A stretch of DNA of 63,676 bases, the filler included, from Klebsormidium nitens (taxonomy: Eukaryota; Plantae; Klebsormidiophyceae): NCBI GenBank assembly GCA_000708835.1. It is 4 parts of 4 records of this genome, joined end to end, with 100 filler letters (N's around TTAATTAATTAA, not from the genome) between each part and the next. Parts side by side here need not be neighbours in the genome. Positions count along the whole stretch, not along the records: positions 1 to 24,087 come from DF237875.1; 3 more parts are not named here. One strand, 5' to 3'. A model generated the notes under the pieces. It was not told the DNA's origin. It made no database searches and saw only the letters and a program-made list of their open reading frames with translations. This document shows, in pieces, positions 11,192 to 22,127 of this stretch (the stretch's first letter is position 1; the number at the start of each line of letters is the position of its first letter). The position numbers and the translations under genes were made by a program.

Positions 11192-13021
11192 TGGTCGAAT
11201 TCTCTGAGGTCGCTTATGACGCCACAGTGCTGCCCAGCGCAACCTTGAAAGCTCCTTCGACGGTTGGGTTCTCTCGTTCCCCCATCCTTTTGGATCAGGT
11301 TAGGAAAACCCTCCTCACCTCACTGAGTTCATTCTCTTACTCGAACCTCAATGTGGACCTCTATGAAGTAAGGAGTCTGCTGCAGGTAATCACTCAAGCT
11401 AGCAATTGATCAGTTCGCTTGCAAATCTGTGCCTACCCCCTCTCAGACTAATTGGTTCATTGCATACATGGATGTGATTGTGAGAGTTCTGCGTTGTTGT
11501 TTACAAACTTATAGTTGTCCTCCTGTTCATCGGATCAAGGCAACTTTCTCTTTCATGGCATCAATAGTTGCTTTTGATTAAGAGAGTTTGTTTTGTTCAA
11601 AGTGCTTCTGTTTCAAACAGCAAAAGGCGCTGCCTTAAGCTAGCATTTCTTGGTTGTGGTCTCACAGGAAGCGACCTGATTGCGAAGTATGGACTTCAAG
11701 TTTTAATGGTTGATCATTGCGGGGCCTTCACCTTTCAGAGTCCTAAACTCACCTTCGAAGTAACTTAGCACAGGCCTTCTAATATAGGTGCTACCTGATC
11801 AACATGGAATAATGCTCAAGCTGCAAAGAGGCAATAGCTGAATGCTTATTGCTGTTAAGAGAGCTTAGCCGGATTGTGAGCTCGTGCAGCTTGTCGAAAG
11901 TGTTTATGTTGCTGCTCTTTGGTGCAGGCTGCTCTCAGTACGCCGCCTCGAGGCAAGCTCACCGAAAGCGCTGCCAATCAGTTCAACAGCATGTCCACGC
12001 CGCTCAGATCAACCGCTTCGCCTCTCCTTAAGGTGCCTCAGGAAAACCTCTCTTCTCCCTCTTTCGTTCTACTCAAACTGATGTACCGTTTGTTTTGCGT
12101 TCATGTGCTGATCAGTGTCTTGAGAGCCGAAAGTATTGGAGTATTATGATAATCTGCTTTTTGAGCTCGCCCTTGGAAGCAAGTGCATCGATCTTGTCAG
12201 ATTGTCAAAAAAATAATGTTTGTCAGCATGCTTTAAAACATAGAGAACAACACGTTTTATTTTGCTGACAAGTGCTTTCCAGTCTTGGATGAAAAGTTTC
12301 TTCAATTCAGTTCCCTTGCAAGCTGGACGCTTCGGTCATTCCTGTTGAAACAGAGGTCCTTGTTCTATCACCCAGATTCTATGAGCCCCAAACCGGACGG
12401 ACCCGGATGAGCCCCAACCCACCCAAAAGATACTTTCAGCTGGTGTGCTCCACTTGGATCAGTAACTGGGTTCTCGTTTGTCACGATGCAGACGCCAATC
12501 TCAGGGAGGACGCAAGAATTGGGCGGTGCTGCAGCTGCGGTGAGCCCAAGCATCAAGTCGCCAGCTCGGGCGTCTCCTCGTCAAGCCGGAAGGGTAAGTA
12601 CGCCTGATCTTTCGTTCCCCGATGGTCTGAGTGTGTGAGTTAGCAAAAGTTAGACAAAGCCAGATTCTTGTGACTCAACGAGATTGAGAATGAGAAGCGT
12701 TGGCAACTAGTCTTCAGCTCCAACTCGTTCTTTCCAATGACATGCCCGAAGACTGAGCTGAGAATGATGCTCAGACCCGGAATTTCTTCTATTCGAAGCA
12801 AGATGTTTGCCAGTCCCGTCAAGGGCGAGGAAAGGTCCATTCGTGCTTTCAAAGTAGAGCACTCAACTTGCCCGAATTCTTCTATCACCAAATAACTTTC
12901 GGCCGTGACAAAACTGTTGGTCGAACGGAACGGTGTGAGTTGGAATGCTCTACAATCTGAGGTCTAGCTCGGAAGACAAGCGAGTGCGACTCGAACTTAT
13001 GCCAACCCCATCTTTTTGCAG

Positions 13022-13915
13022 GAACGGTCTAGACTCTTTTCGGAATGGGCCACAGTTCGGGGTCCCGGCAGAGCCTCAAATCTGAGCCCCTCGAAACCCA
13101 GCCGTCAGCAGCCCATCACGACTAAGAACAGCTTCGACATCTTGATGAATCTCGAGGTTGGTGACTTCGGAACAGAAACGGACTCAGCCGCAGTGCCTCC
13201 TCCCTTGCCAGAGTTTGTCTACGTGCAAAACATCTCGAGAGGAGGGATGATCTACGAGCTTCCGGTCCTCTCTTCCGAAACGTTGTCGGAGTTCGTGGAT
13301 AGAGTGGGAGCGAGGGTCAGTTTGCCGGAAGCTGCCGGCCGGAGAGTGGAGATTCGCCTTCAGTCGTCTGCTCTCGCTATCGCAGACGGTGATACCCCAA
13401 TCAGCTGCACTCCCATTAAAGCTGGGGGTACTGTAGAGTTCGAAGCTTACCTAAGATGCTCAAGGCGGAACCATGTGCAACCTTTATCCTTTTTTACGAA
13501 GTTGAAAGGGGGCCGCCTTTCGAAGACCTGCATCGAGTGTGACCGGTCCGGAAAGTCGGAAGAGATGCGTACGGTTGGGGGTTCGTTGGGGGTACCTGGA
13601 CTTGACGCGCCTCTACAAGACGCGTCCGCGGTTGGGACCACAACGAGTACCCAGCAATGGTGCGCAGGCTGCAAACGCTTCAAGTCGCAGGACGTTTTTC
13701 TTGGGCGGAAAACCTGTTCCCCGTGTCAAGCGCGCTTAGCTTGACGGAACCAGGGTCGCCCACAAAAGAAAGCCGCCAAAATTGCGGCCAGGGACGGGTC
13801 CGCTCCTGCCGCGGGGTTGCAGACAACCATCTCAAAAGAATCTCAAATGAAGAAGGCGCCCGTGAATACGGAGACGGAAAAAGGGGATGGCAGAAAGCTT
13901 GAAGCACCCGTCCAG
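13022..13915 (+). CDS. Exon encoding a ubiquitin-like domain plus two CxxC..CxxC-type fingers (in-frame TGA at 13742-13744)
   Basis: Acceptor tttttgcag| at 13021 and donor CAG|gtaggt at 13915, both phase 0. FVYVQNISRGGMIYELPVLSSETLSEFVDRV...DGDTPISCTPIKAGGTVEF aligns with the ubiquitin pattern. The frame stays open after the single TGA. Confidence 0.6.
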
Positions 13916-14498
13916 GTAGGTACATGACGTTTGCACGAGAGTGCTCATTTTTCTGGTTGACTCCCTTTGGTTCGACAGACAAGCTCAACATCAGGATGCT
14001 TAAATCATACCCGAGGGACGATCACGACATGGAAGTAAGTTTTGATCCGTATGCTTCGACTGAATTCGGAGCTTTTTGTAGTGCGCACTCCAGAGAGACC
14101 TAATCTGCTTTTGTATTTTCACTCTTCCTTTGACCACCCAAACGCCGCTCCTCCAAGGCTTTTGGATGTGAAAGACCGCGGAATCGGTTTCCGCTCTTGT
14201 CCACTGAGGTCCAAGCTTTTGTTTCGGCTGTCCTCAGATTCTCAAGGTGATTGGCACTTATTGCCAACAAGAAAGCTTAAATCCCAGTGTCAAGAAGCTT
14301 AAGTTCTTCAAGGATTCTTCGGTTAGAGGTGTCGTCGCTTGGTGAACGTTCTCCTCAAGGTGGATCAGAAAGCGCCAATGTTTTCAAGTACAACAGTTGA
14401 GGTCATCAGCATTACGAATGCCCTCAAAGTAATAAATAGAGTATGTCCGTTGACATGCTTGTCATCACATGTTTACAGGCTGTATGCATCCTCTACAG

Positions 14499-15609
14499 GT
14501 GTTGAGCTTCGAAACAGAGGTTGCGTTCGAAGCTTGGAAGGTGGAGGAAGAAACGATCGGCGGCATCGACTTACTTCTCCGTCGCGACGATCCAAGCAAG
14601 CTGGTGGACACGGAGGATGCTTCGTTCAAGGGCGAGGACCCGTCTACTTGGGTGGCCAAGGCCGGTGCTCGGATCCAATCAAATTCTTCTCTCAGGTATT
14701 GGGAATATAAGTGCATGTGTCACGGGAAGTCCAAGTCCAAATCTGCACAAGATCTGCCTGTGAGTCTGCGGCAACCTGTTTCTGGCGACGATCCTGAGCA
14801 AGCAGGCTCGGAGGAGACGCTTCAGGATCGACTTTTGCGCCAAGCACAGGAAGACGAACGCCGATCTCGGCGACTTGCTCGAAGGGGGCTCGACATCAAG
14901 TTCTCCAACAAGCTCGACTGCAAATACCGCTTCACAGCAACTACTGGTGTAACAGCAACCAGGCAAGTCCTACTCTGATGTCAAAGTTTCTAGAAACGAG
15001 ATCCTCTTTGCATTGGTCTTGAGAAGTTTCATACTTTGATCCTGCTCCCCGGACCAATCGCTTACCAGCGCTTGGTTAAAATGGCCTTCTTTGGGAGCTC
15101 CTGGACATGTCAAGCACGCCTGCAAAAAGTCGAAGAGCGCCGGCGAAACGCTTTTCGGTCATAGGTCCGTCTTCAAGCAAAAAACCGCTGAATAAGGTCC
15201 TTACGCTCGATTGGAACGCCAAGTCCATCGAAATGTCCAACTCCAGATGGCAATCTCTGCTTTTGCCGCTTCCCTTGACAGTTGCGACCTCGAATAGCCT
15301 CGGTGAGCAGATAATTGGCAGCATACCGGTCTCTTGTAAACGAGCTTTGCGATTCGAATGAACCACAGCCGAAGTGACTGTAGAAACGCATCCTTTGCAG
15401 GGAAGCAGGCGTGGTTACTGTCAGGGTTTTTGGATCGCACCTGCCTTCATGCGGCGCAGCGCACTCGTACAGAGGATTAGACAAAGGTCTGCGTACCTGG
15501 ATAAAGATGTTATTGGATCTGGGATGCTCGCCTGCTGAGATCGTCGACTACATCAATACTCCTTCGACACTGCCCAGTGGCATACCGTCACCTCCGGGGC
15601 CCCCAAAAG
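14499..15609 (+). CDS. WRKY/GCM1 (FAR1-like) DNA-binding exons of the MULE transposase (14499-14962, 15401-15609)
   Basis: LSFETEVAFEAWK...YWEYKCMCHG...SNKLDCKYRFTAT|..VTVRVFGSH. A phase-2 GC-AG intron at 14963-15400 restores the frame. Confidence 0.65.
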
Positions 15610-16114
15610 GTAAGAGTCCTTGCATGAAGACGCGGGTCCAATAGACAGGTGTTCCCGTAGAGTATCCTGACAGTTGCACACTCACCGCCCCAACTTTCTG
15701 TGAGTTGAACGCAACGAGCTGATAGTGCTAGGCTTCGCACCTGATCAAAACTCCGCCCCATCGGGCCAAGCCTTATTCTGTTGTCAGGAGGTATTTGAAG
15801 CGGGTACCTCAGCTTGCATCTATGCTCGATGGTTGCCACTTCTGACGTGCTCAAAGAGGCCCATGAACTGAAGCTTGTGCGTAGAACTGAAAAAGTAAAA
15901 CATTTGTTACACGTTTGCCGTTCAAAGGCTTTACCGATCTTCAACACCAAGAGTCAAGCCGATCCGAGCTCTGCTTTTCTGTCAAGCTGAGAATCGGTCG
16001 CAACAGTCGGGGCCGCACCTATCAACTGGTGGAAGCACTGAAACTGCAGATTTGCACTCTTCGCTTTAGGTCACTTCAATATGAAGCTAATTGCGTTTGT
16101 TTTTGTGATCGAAG

Positions 16115-17316
16115 GTGATGGACCGGAACCCTCGCATCCACGCTGGTCGCCTCAGGAGAAAGACATTGAAAACATGCTACAATCAATCAGGCGTGGCAAA
16201 TATCTCGATCCAAATGATCAGACCGCCATCTATGAGTTCCTCAAGGGTCATTGTAGAGCTGGGGCGAAAGCTCAAAACCAGGACCAGCCGGGCACGACCG
16301 ATTTGAACAAACTTCTTGAAGGGATTGATGTGCTGGAGTATCAGGAATTCGAATGTCACTGTCATGGAGACTCTACAGATGTGGGTATAGGGACTCAAGC
16401 TGCAAGTAGGATTGGGAAGCAGAGATTGACGAAAAAGCTCTGCAAAAAGAAGTGTGAGCACGGACCGCAGTGTAGACCATTTATTGCGGTTCTCCAGAGC
16501 CCGTGGCAGCGGCAGGTCTTAAGTGAACTTCATCAGAAGCGTCTTGCAGGTGTCTTTTGCTTGGATGCCACTGGGCAGACAAATCAGTATAGGTGGCCAC
16601 TATCGGCTTTAGTGTTGCCAGACGAGCAAGGTCATGCGGTTCCTATAGCTTTTATGATTAGTTCCACAGAAAGGGAAGAGCCTCTAGAGGTCTTCTTTAG
16701 GGCGATTCAAGAGGCGTGTCCAGTAACTTTCAAGCCAAGAGCCTTTAGCATAGACATGAGCGACGTTGAAATTAATGCCATTAGGAAGGTGTTTGAGGAT
16801 AGCGTAGACATTCGTATCTGCTTCTTCCATGTCATGCAGGCTTGGGAGCGTTGGCTGAAGCGCTCAGCCAACAGAGTATCCGAGCCGCAGAGAATTCTCG
16901 TTCCCCGGTTGATCAGACAGATGAAGCTAGCCCCGGATCTGGAACGCTGTCAAAAAGCCCACAATCTCCTAGTTGATTATTTAACGTCAGAAGATTTGGA
17001 GCAGGTTTTAGTTCACTTAAGAAGGGATTGGATAGGGAGTGACAAGAGACCGGTCTATCGAATGTGGTGCAATGCATTTCGAACGAAACGAATTAGGTCT
17101 TGGTATAGGATAGAGACAAACAATCTGGTTGAGCGCTTTTTTAAGACTTTGAAGTGGCGGTTTTTGGAAGGAAAAAATAACAAACGGCTAGAGCGGGTCC
17201 TAGAGGTACTCACTATTCAGGTATGCAATTTCTATGTAACCAGGAGGAAGCACGTGCTGGCTGGCCGAAAGGCCAATTGGAAGCTGTATGAAACGGTGTT
17301 GGACAGAGAAAAGAAG
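16115..17316 (+). CDS. MULE DDE transposase core exon
   Basis: CLDATGQTNQYRWPL, FSIDMSDVEINAIRKVF, ICFFHVMQAW and ETNNLVERFFKTLK are all present, so D, D, CxxH and E are intact. Phase-1 acceptor at 16114 and phase-0 donor at 17316. Confidence 0.9.
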
Positions 17317-17740
17317 GTGAGGCTCGGCCCTGCACATTCTGGGCGAAACGACTTCGAGAAAGGGGAAGGTTGCTTCTACAGCGAGCATCTAGGATTCAAT
17401 TGAGGGGCACCATCGAGCCGCATTGTTGCACAAATTCCGCTTCCATAAATCAGACAGTTGAGTTACTAGCAAGCCGGCCTCCTCACTTGATTCGTTAGGC
17501 TCATGGCACGACGTGACGAAAGCTGGCTAAACTACGGGCGCCTGAGAAGTTTTGGCACTTGTCTTGCGTTGCGTCTTTTGCGAAGACATTCTCGTGCAAG
17601 CGCTTGAGCTCTGAAATGCACGGATTGCGCGTCTTGGTGCACTAGCAACTGCTCATGACGTTCGCTTTCCGAAATGAAGTCGTCACTGTCCAAATATGTA
17701 TGTTTTCTTCTTTTGACACGCTCTTGCGCTTTACAACACA

Positions 17741-17967
17741 GCTGGTGCTGTCACGGTTCTCGACAACCAGTCGGGCCATGCCGAAGTAGCGTCGAAGGCC
17801 GCACTTAGCGTGCTTGCGGCTGCTGCAGCGGCGAATGATAGTACTGCAGCCCGTCCGCAAACTGGGATGACGACTGAGAAGTTGTACACCGTCGTTCTCA
17901 GGGGTGGGTTTTGCGACTGTGAGGATCCAAGCGGACTTCTCTGCAAGCACATAAGGGCAGTGGCGAG
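17741..17967 (+). CDS. SWIM zinc-finger exon of the MULE transposase
   Basis: KLYTVVLRGGFCDCEDPSGLLCKHIRAVAR|gtaaga (CxC-x7-CxH). Not present in the ORF track; translated by hand. Confidence 0.8.
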
Positions 17968-20900
17968 GTAAGATACTACGGTCGTAAGCTCGCGGGCAAG
18001 CGTCTACAGTTCAGACCTGGTACTGTGGTGATTGATCCACATAGCTCAATGCTCTTAATTATCTGGCGTGACTGATTATCCGTTACGGTTTTGAAATTTC
18101 CAAAAGACGCAACCAGCCGCGGCCCTTCTCTTGGCCCCGTCATCCGTGGCAGAGCGAACGAAGTTCGTTCCTTTTGCAAATCCAGTTGTCCCGAACTGAA
18201 GATACATGCACAGCAGTGAAACCATACGTATCATGTTCTATCAAAACCAGCTTCGACAAGCACTCCGGACGTTTGTAGTTGACTTCAAATGAATTTGTTC
18301 CTGCTCGGTGTTGTTTCCTCCCCGCACGCTCCGGTTGGATGATCCCATGTGGACGATCGACCATTTAAAATTGGACTTTAAGGTTCAAAAAGCTTGACCA
18401 CTGCTGGGCCGGTCCCATTTGCTCACCGCATCAGGACAACCTATTCAGGACCAAAATGCAGGCCCCGTTACGAAGCCAGGCCCGCTCTACATGCTTGGGT
18501 GTGTAGATGTTGTTCCAATCTCGCTTCAGTATGTTCTTATTTTAAGGTCTCACATCTTTGCAGGAAGCTCGGAGGGCTGGAGAAATGGAACCTTACTCTG
18601 GACAGCTTGCGAGAGGAGGTTTTGATGGAGGTAAAAACGGCCGAGATGGAACAGCAAAATGTAGACCTTGAAAATAATGTCGAGACGGAAGCGGGTGGGG
18701 TTGACTCTGACATGGAAGACGGATTTGAAATGAACAGGACCGAGAACGACGAGGTGAAGGCGTTGAGCAAAGAGGTGCACGGTGTCCTCGACAAGATTTG
18801 TGCTGTGGAGCCCTGGAACAATGCAAAAGGTCTTCTCAAAGAGGTGAGCTGATCTGGGTCTCCGAGGTGCACAGAATGTTGGCTAGTATTTTGTGCAATA
18901 GCCTTGAATTCGTTCCGAATGAAGATTGAAAAAGAAGACTTGACGGGCCCCATGATCTTCAGAATCCCGAAGGACATCTTCACTGAAAGTAGGACAATAT
19001 ACGAGTGTTTTGTATCAGCGCAAAGAGACGTCAGAATGATTTCTTCCATGCACCGACTTTGAGTTCGCGGGAACAACTAGGGTCCTTCAATCACGGACTC
19101 TATTTGAAGGAGAAATCTCAGGAATGAATAGGCAAGGCTTTCTATTTTTGCACAATTTACAAGAGAACAGGAGGTGCATGCCGTTGCTTTGGGCCTATCT
19201 GCTGACCGGTCACCGAGGCATCACCTCCAAACTCAATGCGCTGGCCTGGAATCCTTGTAACCCACTAAACGAGAGTCTTGAGTTGTCGAGCTTTGGAATG
19301 CAGGTGCTCATCCGAGTGACTGCTGATCTTAAGCAAGAAGAACGTAGGTTGAAACCAAAGTCCTTCACACGAAGCAAGAAAAAGAAGGGAGCAAAGCGGA
19401 AACGCAACGCTGCGACGCGAACGTGGTGGAAGCCCCCGGCGTGACTGCCTCAAAGCCTCAGGTAAATATTGAGGCTTTCCGTTCGAGCCTGTTCGTTATG
19501 TGAAATAGACCCGAGCACCAACTTTGCAAACCTGCAGATCAACGTACCGTTGATGTCCAGATCTTGTGAGGCGTCAGATCAGTGTACGATTCCCGCATTT
19601 AACTCTCCAAAGTAAAATGATAGAGCTCTGGTGACAAAAGATCAACGCGTCGGGGAAAAGTGATGTTCGAACAAATCCGCTCCGAGCAGGTTTCACCTCA
19701 GATGCTTTCTTCGACGATTGCTTGATTAAATTCTGAACGGCGCGGCGCATGTTATCCTCTGTCAGGTCTCGGCTGGCTGGGTTGGATTAAACATGGGGTC
19801 CCGTCCAAAGAGAGCAAAGCAGGCTGATCATCCAAGGCAGGCTGAGGATGAAGCGGCAGTATCAAGACTAACTACAGAGTTGGCTGCAAAGGCAAGTACT
19901 TGACCTGCAGTACTGAGACTGTTCTTCGAATCGACTTTGACCGTGTCAGGTTAAAATGCCAATGCTGTTGTAGATTGCTTGAATGTTACATGGTGAGCCG
20001 AACTTGATGAAAGGTTGACCAAACAGGGACTGCGGACCTGCACTAAAAAGAAGAGTACTTGGTCGAAGATAAGGTCATGACTTGACAGGGGACTGCTTTG
20101 CCCTAATCGGAAGCTGCGAAACTGAGCTGCAGAACTGATCCGTCATGGGCTGCCACTGATTCAGATTATTCCGACCCAGTCCGAGTATAGTACGCTGGGG
20201 TATTTAATGAGGCACCATCGCGTTTGTCAGCTTTGAAGCATCCTGCCCACCGCAAAATGGATGAGCAACCTGCCCGCACAGATTGACTTGGATATGAACT
20301 TCTCACTTGCCGAGAGCTGCCGCGGAGGCTGTTTCCCCCGCTCCTCCTGTTCGCTCAAAGCAAGAATCCGTTGCAAGGTATAAAGATAAGAAGGCTAGGC
20401 GAAGATAGGTCTGGCACGTTTCTGATGGAACAGAGACCAAGTTTGCACCCGTAAGACCCGCTTGTAGTCACTGCTTGCAATAAGTCAACCATTAGCCTCG
20501 GCATGCAAGTGTCCAATACATTGAGCCTACTATGTACAGTACGCGCTGGTCTCTTAGTCTTTTTTCTCTGGCTCACAGTATCATTGTTGAAACATGGAGC
20601 AGTGGCAGTGAACTTGGGAACTTGCAAACCGGGCCTCTGCGCTGTTGATCCATGACAAGTCAGATGCACAGATGCACACTGGAATCGATGTCGAGCTTGA
20701 CCATCTGCATGATTGTCTCCTGCCATTAAATGCTGAGTGAATCTGGCACCCGACTGCGGAAGCATCATGCAATGACAGCCGCTAATCCGCCTGCTCATCA
20801 TTGTAATGAATTATAATATCGAATGCATTGGTGCACAACAATCACTGCCAGCAGCAGACCATACATCATCTTGAAAGATCTTAGGGACGTGCATTGTAGT

Positions 20901-21080
20901 TGGGGCAGCTCATTAATGAATTTCAATCATTCAGCGTGCATGAGAGATCGCTGGCCCGCCAGCTGCTGGGAGACAGCTCGCATCGCCGGAGTTCCGTGCT
21001 GAGGCTTAGATTCAGAACCAGCCGCGCGCGCATAACGGTCTTACGTACCGAGTCGAGATTCGTCGGTGAACCGTGAAGAG

Positions 21081-21234
21081 AAATTTTCACAAGTGTTGGA
21101 ACTTGGCAGTCTGCGGTGCGACGTCAAAGTTATAGAGTGGGCCCGGGGCGTCGCGCGCGGCGGCGGCACCGCGTCCGAGTCAAATTTGAAGGTCGTGCTT
21201 CCGTAGGCTCTACCCAACTAGAATGGGCTAGGAG
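21081..21234 (-). repeat. Right TIR of the MULE
   Basis: Reverse complement of the left TIR, including the blocks ttttcacaagtgttgg, ggcagtctgcggtgcgacg, tatagagtg and ggctaggag. Confidence 0.85.
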
Positions 21235-22127
21235 GGCGACCGCCCTTCGGGCGGTCCCGTCCTGGTATGGGCTTCGAGCCCGGGACCAACACTGAGAAAC
21301 CAGGTGTCAAAGGGTCCGACGAAGGCTTTGCCTGGAGAATGGGACCGCCCAATCCGACTCGCACTACAGCGGTCTAGTCCGATCTGTACGTTTTATGGCC
21401 GATTGGCCGGAAACTTACCGTACTTATACCGACCATTGCTTACATGCCCGGTGGATGATTGCCGGCCGGTTGCGACTCTGGCCGGTACAAGTTTCACGAT
21501 GTTTTTAGGGCTGCGGCCCGCGGGCTAGAGGCCTTTACTAACCGACGGCTGAAATTGCGAGTGAGCGCACGTTTTCAAAAATATCGACGGCTACCGTGGC
21601 AAAATTTTGTCGTTTTGCAAACGTGCCGATATGGACGACTGAGATGGGGCAGAAAATATGGGCCGACGGTGACGATACGACGCAATCCCGCAGTTTCGTT
21701 AATTTGCAGGCTTTTTTTTCGGGTTTTGCACCTTCGCGCGTGAATCTGACCGTCTCCTAGCCAATAAGCAGCAAACTTTTCAACAAACACAGGTGGGGTC
21801 CCACTCACAGCCAAGACATATAGGGGAAAAGAAGAGAGAAAAGAGAAGAAAAGAGGAAAAAGAGAGATATAAGGGACTGAATAATTGCTTGTATAAGACG
21901 ATATCAGGATTCGGAAATGGACCCCAGGGGCTAGTTGGCCGTTCGATACACTAATTAAGTCACCGATACCGTCGGTGATCATTAGAAAGTCACTAGGTGA
22001 CAAACAAATGACGTTGCATCAAACTCTATTTCACGCGACTCGGACCTCGGTCTATAATCGACACGTGGTCTTTTTGACACGCGGCCCAATCAAAACGGCG
22101 GATTTTATGTCCATGTCCCTATCTGAG

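Larger units (their letters stand above)
9843..21234 (+). mobile_element. Mutator-like (MULE) DNA transposon, ~11.4 kb, long TIRs
   Basis: Inverted repeats at 9843-9969 and 21081-21234 enclose a MULE DDE transposase, a WRKY/GCM1-like domain and a SWIM finger. No TSD was found, so the exact termini are uncertain. Confidence 0.8.

Noticed and set aside
21218-21256. GC hairpin (gaccgcccttcgggcggtc) near CTAG as a Helitron 3' end
   Set aside because: The CTAG lies within sequence homologous to the left TIR, and no Rep/helicase or matching 5' end was seen.
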